Source: the human T2T-CHM13v2.0 reference genome, Homo sapiens. From it: DNA of 64,000 nucleotides. Below the pieces are notes generated by a model. It saw nothing but the letters and a program-made list of their open reading frames with translations. It ran no database searches and was not told where the DNA came from. The stretch lies in NCBI RefSeq assembly GCF_009914755.1, contig NC_060926.1. One strand, written 5' to 3'. The position numbers and the translations under genes are program-made. Numbering within the stretch: position 1 is the first letter of the stretch; each line of letters opens with the position of its first letter. Shown in pieces: positions 14,234 through 27,725 of the stretch.

Positions 14234-16736
14234 GATGGGTGAGGTAGAATAAGAAATATTGGAGTACAATACTGGTAAGCAGTTCAGGCAGATGATGCTT
14301 AGACTGGAATTTTTAATTACAAGCGTTAGAAGAGGGCATGGTTATTTGGAAGACAGAGAAAGAGATTCACAGTACGGATACAAATTCACGGGAAGAAGAA
14401 AATGGAAGACAGTAAGAAATATTAAGGAAAGTTCTAAATGTGTTCTAAAAAGTAACACACATTAAAAATATTGGACCTGAAATTTAAACCTAGGTTTTCT
14501 TGACTTCTAAATCCTTACCTTATCTATTTTAAAGCATTACCTCTCATCAACACAAGTGTGTCCAATGAATTAGGTAACAAATTCCCATAAGTTAAGACAA
14601 ATTTAAAATTAGAATTCTAAAGGAGTTACATATAACCTGAACTTTGTTTATGCTTAAAGCCTTATTGCCATATCGCCAAATACAATGAGTTCTGTCTGTT
14701 TCCTTGTCCATATTATGAGTAAAATAAAATATTCAAAAGTATCAAATTTTATGCGAGCAAACATAAATATTAAATATTACCATACCTTAATTTGCTAAAT
14801 CATCCGAAGTTCTCACATGGTCTATTACCATTTTTTGTAGTTATTATTCCTTATCTACTATTTGTTGAAAACTACTTTCTACAAACAAGAAAAGACAGTT
14901 CTTATGACAAAGATCATGAATCATCAAATTTTAAAGTGTTGACTTTTATTGCCATAGGATCCTAAGGGATAAATTATTCAGTACTAGATAGTTGCTAGTT
15001 TTAAATCACTCTATTATCGTCTCCTTGTAAAGAGGATTGGACCAATCCATCTTTTCATCTCAAAAGAATTTTGTGACCCTTTTTACATAATGAAAGGCAA
15101 GGCAAATTAATTATATTGGCCTCTTTTTCATAGGTTCATATGCTTATTACAGTACTCTGGATCTTACTACTTCAACAGTGTTAAGGTTAAAAAGGCCAAA
15201 ATATGTCTCTACTCCACCCCAATGCATGCACAAAGTTTCATCAAAAGGGAGGAAGGAATCTGTTTTTTATTTTACGTAGATCTTTTTGTAATTCTATTAA
15301 TCTGTGCAAGGATGTGAGAGAGGGTTCTACTTGAGGGAGACAGTCTCCAGAACCATCCAATAGGTAGATTTCCAGGAAAAGGCAAAAAGAAGAGCTTCTG
15401 GGGAGCTCTCAGAGAAAATGTTCAAAGCAAACTAAGATAATTGAGCTGTTCTATTTATAATCCCCTTAACTTTGCCTCTAAAAGCTACCTCCTCCAGCAT
15501 GGAAACCCACTTATGTATTTGGCATTGACCTTTATCAGCATTCCTGAAGTTTGGGAGTCCTATAAAATATGAATTTCAATGAAAGAAATTAAACTCGAGC
15601 TCCACACAAAGGATAGATCATGTAATAATTAACGCATATTGCTGGCAAAGTTATGGTTGAAAAAATAATTCTAGGTGACTAGATGTTATTTATCTCTTTC
15701 ATATGCCTCTTCTTTTGATTATGTGAAGACTGTTTTATATACTTTAATAATATTAGCTGTTTTCGTACCATTTTCATGAAAAAGCTTTAATATTTGTAGG
15801 CATCCAGAAATAAATTTTGGCCTATTTAGATCCTTGGCAATTAAGTAAATTGTATGATAATTTTTTTCTTCTAGAATCTGAATTTCCTTTATGTTTCAAT
15901 TTTTCTTCAAATTGTTTTCCTTTTAATATCATTAGACATTCACCAATAGTATTTGAATCAAATTAATATTCAGTACTTAGCCCTCAGTGAATACATACTT
16001 TTCATTTTCCAACCTTAACTCATATTACTAATATCAAAATATTCAGATGTTTCCCTGAATTCTCAATAATCACCTTATGTTTTAAATAATCTTCTGAGAT
16101 TGGACACTGTATAATTTACTTTCCTAGAAAGAGGCATGGCAAATGAGAAATGAAACAAGACAGTAATTAAGACAGACTTTCATTTTACTGTCATTGGCAG
16201 TTAAATGTGACAGTTACAGTGAATACTTCATAACAAGCTGTTCCCTAGACAGTGAGATTGACATTTGTAAATAGCTTAAAGATAGTGAGTAGAGATTTTA
16301 TGATTGGATGACTGATAAAATAGCAGTAAAACTTATTCTAATGATACCCTTATGCCCTCAATGTTATGCACTGTGGCACTACTTCTAATCCTGATTGTAA
16401 AAGGCCAGTGAAGTTCATGTCATACTGAAAATGATTCAATGATACAGCACCTGAGTATACATACTATAGTCTTCAGAACCGCTTTATCTGTTCTTATTGT
16501 CCTATAAGTATCTAAGAATAAAAGGAGGCTCAACTATTATAATTATTTGCCTAAGCCTATTCTTTCTTGGCCTGGGGATTATTAGACAGAAAGGAGGGCA
16601 GAAGTAGAAGAGAGAGGGCCAGAATTCATAATTATGCACAACAAGGAGAAGGAACAAAAATGCCAGATAATTTACCATAAGGGATAAAGTTATTTGAAGG
16701 GACTATTTAACTCATGAAATTGAAACGAGTTGCAGA

Positions 16737-16865
16737 TTGATTCATTTAAAAAATACATATTGAGAGCCCACTGTGTGTCAGGTACTGTTTAGGTGCTGAA
16801 GGTACAGAGCTAGTTGAACAAACTCTGCCTTCATGGGGTCTATCATCTAGTGCAGGAAGACAAGC
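16737..16865 (-). mobile_element. L2 3' end fragment
   Basis: ATTCATT..AAATACATATTGAG..CCCACTGTGTGTCAGGTACTG..CTGCCTTCATGG..ATCTAGTG. Confidence 0.75.
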
Positions 16866-17731
16866 ACAGGCTTTATTGTCTACCCTACATTGTTTTGTTA
16901 TGAATTTTATTATTCATTGTTTTTGATTGAAAATCAGGTTTTTTTGTCTCTAATTCCAAAGATACTCTTGTTTAAAAAATTTGGAAAAGACAATTAAATA
17001 TAAAAGAGGAAATTGAAAGTACCTATAAGGCATCACCTAGATTTAAATGCTATTAGTATCTCAATGTATTTTTTCAAATATTTGTGTAAGGAGGATATAT
17101 TCAGTAGGTTAAAGTAAAATCAAATTCCATGTACAGTTGTTTTATGTTTTCCCTGTTTTTATTGAATATTATCTGATTCGTATTTTCTTATGTCACATAC
17201 CTGCTAGAACCTAAAACTCTGTGAGGGCAAGTAAATTTGCTTATATTTTCATTGATGAACTCTTTGATCATCAATAGTATTGAGTACACATTGCACATTT
17301 AAAACATATTTGCCAAATAGGTAAAATACCTAAACTTTTTGAAAGCATAATTTTAATGACCATTGTTAAAGATGATATCAAGTTTTTACTCTCCAACAAA
17401 ATTTATTCTCTTGAAAAAAAGGAAGATTTTCATACAAAAAAAATCTTTTAAGGAGTATTCTGAAATAATCTAGCCCCTTCAAACTCAATGCAAGATAAGC
17501 TTATCATTTTTAGGGGGTAATCGAAATTTCCAATTCTCTGACCATTATTGTTTCTCTTGGTGACAGTATTTCTCTAACAGGTAATAATATTTCTTAACAA
17601 TTATAATTAATTTTGGGGATAGAAATCAAACCAGTTTGTAGTGTATAATTAGGTTAGTATTAAAAAAGTCACCTCCAGTTCTACTCCTTAATTCCTAGAC
17701 TCATGAAATCACATGATATGAGAAATGACAG

Positions 17732-18143
17732 TTATATAGTTTAGATTTATGTCCACACCAAAATCCCATGTTGAAATGTAATCACCCATGTTGGAGATGG
17801 GGCATGCCAGGAATTGGATCCTGGGGACGGATTTCTCATGAATGCTTAAGTACCATCCTCTTGGTGCTGCCCTCATTATGGTGCGTGATTTCTTATGAGA
17901 TCTGGTCATTTGAAAGGGTGTGACACATCCCCCTCACCCTCTTGCTCCTGCTCCCACCATGTGACATGCCTGCCGCCACTTCACCTTCCACCATGATTGT
18001 AAGCTTCTTAAGATCTCCCCAGAAGCTGTCAGAGCTATGCTTCCTACAAAGACTGCAAAATCATGGGCCAATTAAACTGTTTTTCTTATAAATTACCCAG
18101 TCTCATGTATTTCTTTATAGCAATGTGAGAATGGCCTAATACA
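17732..18143 (+). mobile_element. MSTA-like MaLR solo LTR
   Basis: AAATCCCATGTTGAAATGTAATC...CCATGATTGTAAG...TAAATTACCCAGTCTC...TTTATAGCAATGTGAGAATGGCCTAATACA. Confidence 0.9.
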
Positions 18144-20354
18144 GGCACCATATGTTATTTGCTGATTAGGAACATTACAAGCAATTTGGAGTTCCCCAGT
18201 AACTCAAAGATTTCATTTCCTAGATCTTCAGTTGATAATTCTATGATTCTCCAAGAACAACTGTTTTCTAAATCATATAATATATATTATATATGAATAT
18301 GTTAATTTGAATAAATGGAAGATGCTGTAGATTTAAGCATGGTGGGTAAGAGAAAAATCCAGACAATGACAAATTACTATCTGCTCCATAATACACGTTG
18401 TTTACTGGAACCAACCAGTCTTTGTTAGCTTTGGTAATAAGAATTCTGTAACTGCATTGACATTTTCTTAGCTTTTATCTTGCCATCAAGGCCACATTGA
18501 GGCTTTTTAGGAAACACTGAACTGTCTGGTGAAGGAGGCTGACTCTTTCTGTAAAGCAGGTTTTCTTGACTATTTCATGAAAACCTCCTTAGATAATTTG
18601 CCCATTCAAAGAAGTCTATTCATGAATTCTGTTCTTGTTTTTCCCTAAATCCCCGACCACCCCAAACTATTAATCTGTCTTTGAGAATCAGTGTAGTATC
18701 AGCTGGTCTCTCTTTCCAGACTAAATTAATAAAGTGTTCTGCTCTGAGTTCTACACATGAAGGATTTCCATCTTCTGCTTCCATTCAGGATCAAACCTAA
18801 GAGAGCCTGTGATGCTGAAATATTTCATGAAGACTTTCCCGTATGACACAATAGCATTGAAATCAGGCCTGTGTTTTTCATCTTGTGTCAAATAATAATA
18901 GGAAACTCTTTTCAAGGCTACAGTAAGAGTTGAAACAAGATTAGCAATTTGGCAAAAGATGGCACATGGCTAGGGTGAAAAACTGGTTCATGCAACACAA
19001 CTGTGCATTCCAGACCTAATCGGGCCACAAACGAAATTTAATATTATACTAGAGGTTGGGCTTTTGAGAATGTACAATGATACGATGAAGTGGATGAGAC
19101 AGACCAGTAATGGAGGTGAAACGCAGGTTGTGTGGTTATTTGAGTTTCTACTGATAGTCATGTTATCTTCACTAGAGCCTAGCAGCAAAGTGATACCAAC
19201 TTCTTAAAGGAAGAATAGTTATTTACTGGACTTAGATGTCTTTTAGCTTTGCATCAAAATCCAGAGACCTCTCATCCTAGTCTCCTGTTGAAATTTGCCT
19301 TTATAAAGTCCTCATATCTGCTGCAGAAATTTTAAATTCCATTGGTTTCTCCTGGTCATAATAGCCACTGTCAGAGACACTTAAACCATGAACTGTACCA
19401 GCTGAAGACTCTTCTATTTTGTGTCCCATGAAAATATAGCTGCTATTAGAGTTACCTTGGAAAATCATGGATGAGAATATCTAAGTGTATAAAGTGTGAC
19501 TCCCGAATTTGAAGCAGCCTGCCAAATAATTTTCCTTCTTAATGGCGGGGGATGCAGGCGATAGAAAAGCGTCTATTATTACCAAGTCATATTTTTCCTC
19601 CTGGAATGCTGTACACCTCAATGAATTTTATTTCGTACCATTCTCTCATACATCTCTCTTTTTAAGTCATGTAAAGGTAAATGTTGCTTTCTTCTCTCCA
19701 GGTGTTCTCAGCAAAATGTTGTCAATACAAGCATACCTTGGAGATATTTCAGGTTTGGTTTCAGACTACCATAATAAAGCAAATATTGCCATATAGTGAG
19801 ATACACAAAATTTTTGGTTTCTCACTGCATATAAAAATTATGTTTACACTATACTGTAGTTTATAAAGTGTGTAGTAGCATTATGCCTAAAAATGTACAC
19901 ACCTTAATTTAAAATACTTTATTGCTAAAAAATGCTAATGATCATTTGAGCCATCACTGTGTCATAATTGTTTTGCTGGTGGAGGGTCTTACCTTCATGT
20001 TGATGACTGCTGACTGATAAGAGTGGTGGTTGCTGAAGGTTGGAGTAATTGTGGCAATTTCTTAAAATAAGACAACAGAAGATTGCCACATTAATTGCCT
20101 CTTCATTTCACAAATAATTTCTCTGTAGCATATGAAACTGTTTGATAGCATTTTACCCACAGTACAACTTCTTTCAAAACTGGGAGTCAATCTTCTTAAA
20201 CCCTGGTGATGTTTTATCAACTAGGTTTATTCTAAATCCTTTGTTGTCATTTTAACAATGTTCACGGCATCTTCACAAGGAGTAAATTCCATCTCAAGAA
20301 ACCACTTTGCTCATCTATAAGAAGCAATTCCTCACCCACCAAAGTTTTATTATG

Positions 20355-20746
20355 TGTCTTAGTCTGTTTTCTGTTGCTTATAACAGAATACCTGAAACTG
20401 GGAAATTTATAAAGAAAAGTAATTTATTTCTTACAGTTACGGAGAACGAGAAGTACAAGTTTAAGAGGCCACCTCTCGGGAGGGCCTTCTTCCTGGTGGG
20501 GACTCTGCAGAGTCCTGAGGTAGCACAGAACATCACATGGTAGGGGGGATGACAGTGCTAGCTTAGGTCTGTCTTCCTCTTTTTATAAAGCCACCAGTTC
20601 TATACCCATTAATCCATTAAATCACAGATACATTAATTCATTCATGACAGCAGAGCCCTCATAACCCAATCACCTTGGAAAGGTGCCACATCTGGGAATA
20701 AATTTCAACATGAGATTAGTAGAGGACAAATATTCCAGTCATAGTA
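20355..20746 (-). mobile_element. MST (MSTC/D-like) LTR
   Basis: TGTCTTAGTCTGTTTTCTGTTGCTTATAACAGAATACCTGAAACTGGG...TTTCAACATGAG...CATAG. Confidence 0.85.
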
Positions 20747-20975
20747 TGTGGCTCCAGACCCCCGTAATTCATGCCTTTTCACATACAAATACACTCATTT
20801 CAACTCCAATGGCCCCAGAGGTTTAACTCATTACAGCACCAACTCAAAAGTCCGAAGTTCAAAGTCTCATCTGTGTGCCTGTGAAATCAAAACAAGTTAT
20901 ATACTTTCAAGACACAGTGGTGGTTCAGGCATGTGACAGACATTTCCATTCTAAAAGGAAGGAATAGCCAAAAAT
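20747..20975 (-). mobile_element. MST internal sequence (truncated)
   Basis: TTAACTCATTACAGCACCAACTCAAAAGTCC..AAAGTCTCATCTG..CCTGTGAAATCAAAACAAGTTA is typical of MaLR-int next to an LTR. Confidence 0.8.
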
Positions 20976-21133
20976 ATATTCTTAAGAGCCACAGGATGTT
21001 CAGAGTGGTAAATGAGCATTGGCTTCAACTTAGTCTCCAACTGCAATAGCCCCTAGCAAGAGAGTCTGCGTGTCCTTGGAAGCTTTGAAACCAGACATTG
21101 ACTTCTCTTTTCTAGCAGTGAAAGTCCTAGGTG

Positions 21134-21560
<427 letters not shown>

Positions 21561-23605
21561 CTAGGTAACATCTATTTCCAACAGAAGGCTGTTTCACCTA
21601 CACTGAAAATCTGTTGTTTAATGTAGCCACCTTCATTATCTTAGCGAGGTCTTCTAGATAATGTTCTTCAGCTTCTATGTCAGCACTTGCTACTTCACCT
21701 TGCACTTTTATGTTATAGAGATGGCTTCTTTCCTTTAACTTCGTGAACTAACCTCTGCTAGTCTCAAATTTTTCTTCTGCAGCTTCCCCAATTCTCTCAG
21801 CATTCACAGGACTGAAGAGAGTTAGGGCCTTGCTTGGATTAGGCTTTGGCTTAAGGGAATGTTGCTGCTGGATTGATCTTTTATCCAGACCACTAAAACT
21901 TTCTCCGTATCAGCGAAAAGACTATTTTGCTTTCTTATCATTCAGGTGTTCACTGCAGTAGCACTTTTAATTTTCTTCAAGAACTTGTCCTTTGTATTCA
22001 GAACTTGACTAACTGTGAAGCAACCAGCCTAACTCTTGGCCTATCTTGGCTTTTGACATGCATTCCTCACTAAGCTTAATCATTTCTAGCTTTTGAGAAA
22101 GTGAGAATCAACTTGTGACTCTTCCTCCAACTTGAATGTGTAGAGGCCCCTGTAGGTTATTAGTTGTCCTAATCTCAATATTGACATGTCTTAGGAAATA
22201 GGGAGAAATGAGAAAAAGAGACAGGAAACAGGCCTTTTGGTGAAGCAGTCACAACACACACATTTATTGATTATGTTTACAGCTTTATATGGGCGTGGTT
22301 TGTGGTGCTTCAAAACAATTACAGTAGTAGCATCAAAGATCATTGATCATAGATCACAATAGCAAACATAATAAAAATGAAAATGTCTGAAATACTGCTA
22401 GAATTACCAAAATGTAACACAGATATGCAAATTAAGCACATTCTGTTGGAAAAAATTATGCCAATAGATTTGCTCAAATCTTTATTTTGTAAAAAACACA
22501 GTATCTGCAAAGCACAAAAAAAGAAAGTGCAATACAATAAAGTCTGCCTGTGTAGTCGCCTAGTATGATGTCCTTTGAGGCAATCAAAGTTGCTGTGGCA
22601 TGGAGTCAGAGTTGAGATATTCCAAAACAGATGGCAAGAATTTGTTTTTTTCACCAGGCAAAAGGAACTACTTCTGCTAGTCCTTGTATATCAGATGCTA
22701 GAAAAATGCATTTGAAAGGTAAAATGCATTGCAGATATTATTTATTGTAAACTTTTTTACAGCAAGGACACTAAAACTGCCACAGAAAGTTCCTATCAGA
22801 GTCTCTACTTGATTAAATTTAAATCAACACTTGTAATCTAGAAGTCTTATAATTGTTAAGTTGGAAAATGGAACCGAAATTTAATGAAATATATCATACA
22901 GAAGTATGCTAAGTTTTTGATGCTAGCATTAATCTCTGTAGTTTCTCCAAGAAGGTAGTGCATTTCATTTTCCAATTTGGTAGTAATTAAGATTTACAGC
23001 ATTTCTAACTTACTGTAATCACCCCAGTTCCTTAAATATGGAATGAAATAGGATTAAAGAAGGAAAGTATTCCTGGAAACTCAGGGGAAATAATGAACAT
23101 TTTGTCTCTGTTTCTAGTGTGAAATAATTCACCTCCGACAAACTCTTCTCACTCTGAGCATGTCCTTTTCAATTTTCAAATTCCCAAAAGAAGATAATCG
23201 CATTGATCCAGGTTTGGTCAGTTTTCTCTGCTTGGATCGATTAGCCACAGCTGAGGGGCAAGAGGAATAGGAATGACAAATATCAGATAAGGGTCACTTT
23301 GAGTCCTCAGCCAACCAAATTTAAATTTAAAATTGTAGTTAACTCACTACACTAAAGAAAATGAAGGCTTTCAGCCTCTAGGTGAATTTTAGCTAAGAAA
23401 GTTAAAGCTCTTTCTGAAACAGAGCATTGCATTTTATATGAATGGAAAAGTAGTACACAAAAAAAACACAATTATCCTCTCTATTAAAATTCACCAGATT
23501 TTAGACACCATGGCAAAGTTTTTGAAAATTTGTACTCCAGACTTAGGTCACTTTTTTGATCTGGTTCCTAAACCTACCAGCGCTCTTCCCTTTCCCTACG
23601 TGACA

Positions 23606-23760
23606 TCACTTAGCCTTCTGTACACCAGTTTCTCAACTAAAAATAAAAATAATAATAGCATCCACCTCCCAAAGTTGTTTGAAGAATAAAATAGGTTAAT
23701 TTTGGAGTGTGTTTATGTATTTTGACTGACTCATAGTAAGCACTATATAAATGTTTATTC
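23606..23760 (+). mobile_element. MIR fragment
   Basis: CACTTAGCCTTCTG..CAGTTTCTC..ATAATAGCATCCACCTC..GTTGTTTGAAGA..CATAGTAAGCACT. Confidence 0.7.
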
Positions 23761-25769
23761 AGTAGATACATGAAGCCACACTTACTATAAGAAAAATGAA
23801 ATATTCAGCTAAATGACTTGAAAGGAGTCATGTAAGATCTCCATTCACCAAAACCATGTGTGCATATAGAGACATTCTTTTAATGCCCTAACACTTTAGA
23901 GTATGGATCAAAAAAATGAAAAACTACAATCAAAAGAAAATATGAAAACAGTTGAATAAATTGCTAAATGGCAAGATAGGCTCCTTTAAGCAAAGACTAT
24001 TGTATGTTTAATTAATTGACATGCAAAAATAATAACTGAGGAAGGATTTAGGGGGTCTTAAATAAATGACAGGTATTTTGCTAAGGAGACTGCACAACTT
24101 ACCTTGTCCCCCAATCTCTCTTCACAATCTTTCCACTTGTAAAGAGCACATGTATTTTTCTGCTCTGTGCCATGCAGGAACAAGTGCCTCTGATCTTTCA
24201 TAGGTGGGGAAATATATCTGATCCATCTTGTCTATATTTACATTGATTCTGACATCAAGCTGGGGAAAGGTGTGTTGTTTATTTCTCACACATAAAAACA
24301 AGAGGGAAAAGATCTTTCCTCCTCCCCGACAAGATAAATGCCCAAACAAAATCACTCTGCCCATGCTCATGCAATCCCAGGTTTACTGCTGAGACGCTGC
24401 CTTCAGCAAGGATGCAGCAATGCTGCTAAAGAAGAGTAGAAACATGGCAGCGGTGGTGACCATCCAGTATGGGGCGTGTCTGAAAGCTGGTAAAAGTGTC
24501 TGCTGCTTGCAGTGATGCAGTTTTGAGGGTGGTCTGCCACCTAGCCCATCTGGGTTCATGTCCTTCTGGATTTGACTGCTCAGCTTTGACATGTTCTCAT
24601 TCTTTTGTTTTCAGTCTCTCCTTGCAATGATGTTGAGTTTTAAATCACTTTCTGCTCACACAATAAGGCTAAACCCAAGTGGTTTATGAAGAAAATAGGG
24701 TAATTTCAAAGAATGTAACTATAGTGTATGGTAGGCGGTATAATAGAGGATATTCACCAGTTGGTAATTATTTGTGAAATTTCAATTAAAGCAGTTAATC
24801 ACAGAGAACAAAATAAATTTAGAAATTAGTGGGAATTTTGACCTAATTATCTCTACACTGAAATTAATCTCAAGAAAGCAATAAAACTAGATAAGTAAAT
24901 TCAAAAAAAGTACCCTTTAACCAAATTTACTTCTATATATTTTAATGAATTTAGTCATAGAAGTTGGTGACAATTGCTATAATTGTACCTACAGGCCCTT
25001 TATTTATAACAATTTAACTGGGAAAAACATAAAAGGAAATATATCAGGAAAGTATAATTTTACATTGTTTAACTTAATACACAGTTAGCGTTTTGACAAT
25101 TGAGAAGAATATTATTTAGTGTCAGAATGATATGACTCTGTTCAATGTCACCTTCAGTATTTGTGAATAAATACCCTATGATATATCTAGAACTTGTTAT
25201 TTTCACTTATTTTCCACATTTGTACCTTATTAGATTTCTATCACCCTCAACTAATGCAACAGAATATCAGAAAGAGGCATTTCCAAACTCACAATACATT
25301 TTTCAAAAGAAATTGAAATGGTCGCTTGTTTAATTCATAAGTATGAAACATGAGGTGAAGTTTCAAAGGCAGTGGTAAACTTAAAGCAAGGAAAATATGA
25401 GGAATCCTCCAAGTTTTGACTCTGAAAATGTTTAAGTAATGCAAAATATTAAATGATTCACAAACAGTACCTTAACTTTCTTGTACTACTCATCAGTAGT
25501 GCTATTTAGGGCATGCTGTATTTATAAAAAAAACATCTATACTGAAGTTTAGCATTTCACTAGTTTTCTATCCAATGACTATATACTGAATTTAAACTAA
25601 AGATAAAGTATTTTAAACATTGGATAACAAAGAAATGACCATTTATTAATACAGATAAAACACGTAATTGTAGTATGTACAAAACTTCCATATGTAAGAA
25701 AACTCAAAATTGTAATCAGAGATAAGACAAATAGCGTATCCAGAACCTCTCTCTCTCCCCCAAAAGAAT

Positions 25770-25905
25770 GGAAGGAAGGAAAGAAGGAAGGGAGGAAGGA
25801 AGGAAGGAAGGAAGGAAGGAAGGAAGGAAGGAAGGAAGGAAGGAAGGCAGGCAGGCAGGAAGGAAAGAAGGAAAGAAGGAAAGAAGGAAAGAAGGAAGGA
25901 AGGGC
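25770..25905 (+). repeat. (GGAA)n compound microsatellite
   Basis: 13 consecutive GGAA at 25794-25845, flanked by GAAA/GGCA variants. Confidence 0.97.
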
Positions 25906-26749
25906 AAAAAGCTTAGACAGTTTCTGACAATATTCACTTCAGTCTGAGAGAACAAATAACCCCCTCTCCCCAGTGTACCCATTTAGAGATACAGATGGCA
26001 AGTAATACTCCAGATATGCTTTCCTCTTGGTTTTGCCTTCTGCAATCAATCTGATCAGTGCTGACGGGTACATTGGAGCAGGTTGTACTCCAAACAAAGG
26101 TGCCTAATTAGCTTGGCGGAATAATTGAAATCCACACTGTGTTCTACTTGCCAAGTCAGGAACCCTAAATGTGGGCTGTGTTAGTGTGGAGAGGTGGGCT
26201 TTCTAGAATCATACCTTTCTAGAATAACACCAGAGCAGTGGTGCTCCTGCGCTTTTCCACAGGCACACTGACTAGCAGTTTTGATATTGTCCATTGGATT
26301 ATTATAAAGGAAATAATAAATGTGTAGCTCAATCATTTATCCCAGGCTAATTCATTAGTTAGGAACGTACTTTTTGAGCAATTGAGTCACAAATAAGTAG
26401 AAGTTCTGCTGTGCATAGGCAAGCAGAAAATATGGGTACTTTGACGGGTTCAATTTTTCATTCCTCTACCTCCAGAAATTCATGCTAATGTTCTGGGGTA
26501 ATATCTAATAAGACTACAGTAAGCACACTGCTTGGTACAATTTTGTGCTGTGGACCTCAAACCTGACTTAGCCATATCAAGTCCCCTCCCTTAAGTTTCA
26601 TATCGTCCTCTGTACAATACCATTAGTCCTCACAGCCATATGGGAAAAGAGAGAAGCATGATCCTTTGTTCTGAACACCTTCTAATCCTGTCTTATAACA
26701 GCTGCTCCTATAAATCACTAACCAAAGCGCCTTTCATGGAGCATTTGGT

Positions 26750-27090
26750 CTTTTCTTCCCACAAGTGGAACTTCTCGTTACCCTTCTTGCCTCCCCCAAA
26801 ATACCTGCAGAGTGAATGCCCCCTGGTCCAAGATCAGCTTCTCAGGAAGGCCTTTCCTGAACATCCTTTCTAAAATTCCATTGCCTCAAAAACTCCCTAT
26901 CCCACCCCGCTGCTTATTTTTCTCCTTATCACTTATCTTCTAAGGTACAAAATCATGTATTTGTTTATCTTTTTTATTGTCTCTGTCTCCCACTAGACTT
27001 GCTTACTACTGAAGCCTGAGGCATGGAAAAGTGCCTGGTATGAGAGGCACTCCAAGTATTTGTTAAATAAGTAAATAAATAAATAAATAA
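26750..27090 (+). mobile_element. L2 3' end
   Basis: CTCAGGAAGGCCTTTCCTGA...TGTCTCCCACTAGA...GTGCCTGG..GGCACTC..TATTTGTTAAAT followed by (TAAA)n. Confidence 0.75.
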
Positions 27091-27343
27091 ATTGTGAACT
27101 CTAACATTTGATGATCCTCAGAATTCACTCACACGCATTAAAAGAAACTGAGTTTTCCTAGATAATTTAGGCTGCATACTAAAATACTACTTCTTTTTAC
27201 AGCTTTGTTTAAATTAGCATTATTAATAAGTAGAAGCATGAAGGCATATTTAACAAAAGTATTTCAATTACCCAGGAAGAAAAGGAAAACACAGCTGGAC
27301 ATACAGAACTAGCCTACCTTTAGAGCTAGCAAATGATAGTGTG

Positions 27344-27397
27344 TAGTATGGCTTGCTTGTTTTCAGGCCTTAGTATGGCTTGCCTGTTTTCAGGCCT
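27344..27397. repeat. 27-bp tandem duplication
   Basis: TAGTATGGCTTGC(T/C)TGTTTTCAGGCCT x2, one mismatch. Confidence 0.95.
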
Positions 27398-27405
27398 TAT
27401 CATTA

Positions 27406-27725
<320 letters not shown>

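Noticed and set aside
18980-19450. Possible old retroelement internal fragment
   Set aside because: It looks repeat-like, but I could not assign a family or boundaries.
25716-25982. 88-aa ORF with (LPSF)n
   Set aside because: Translation of the (TTCC)n microsatellite.
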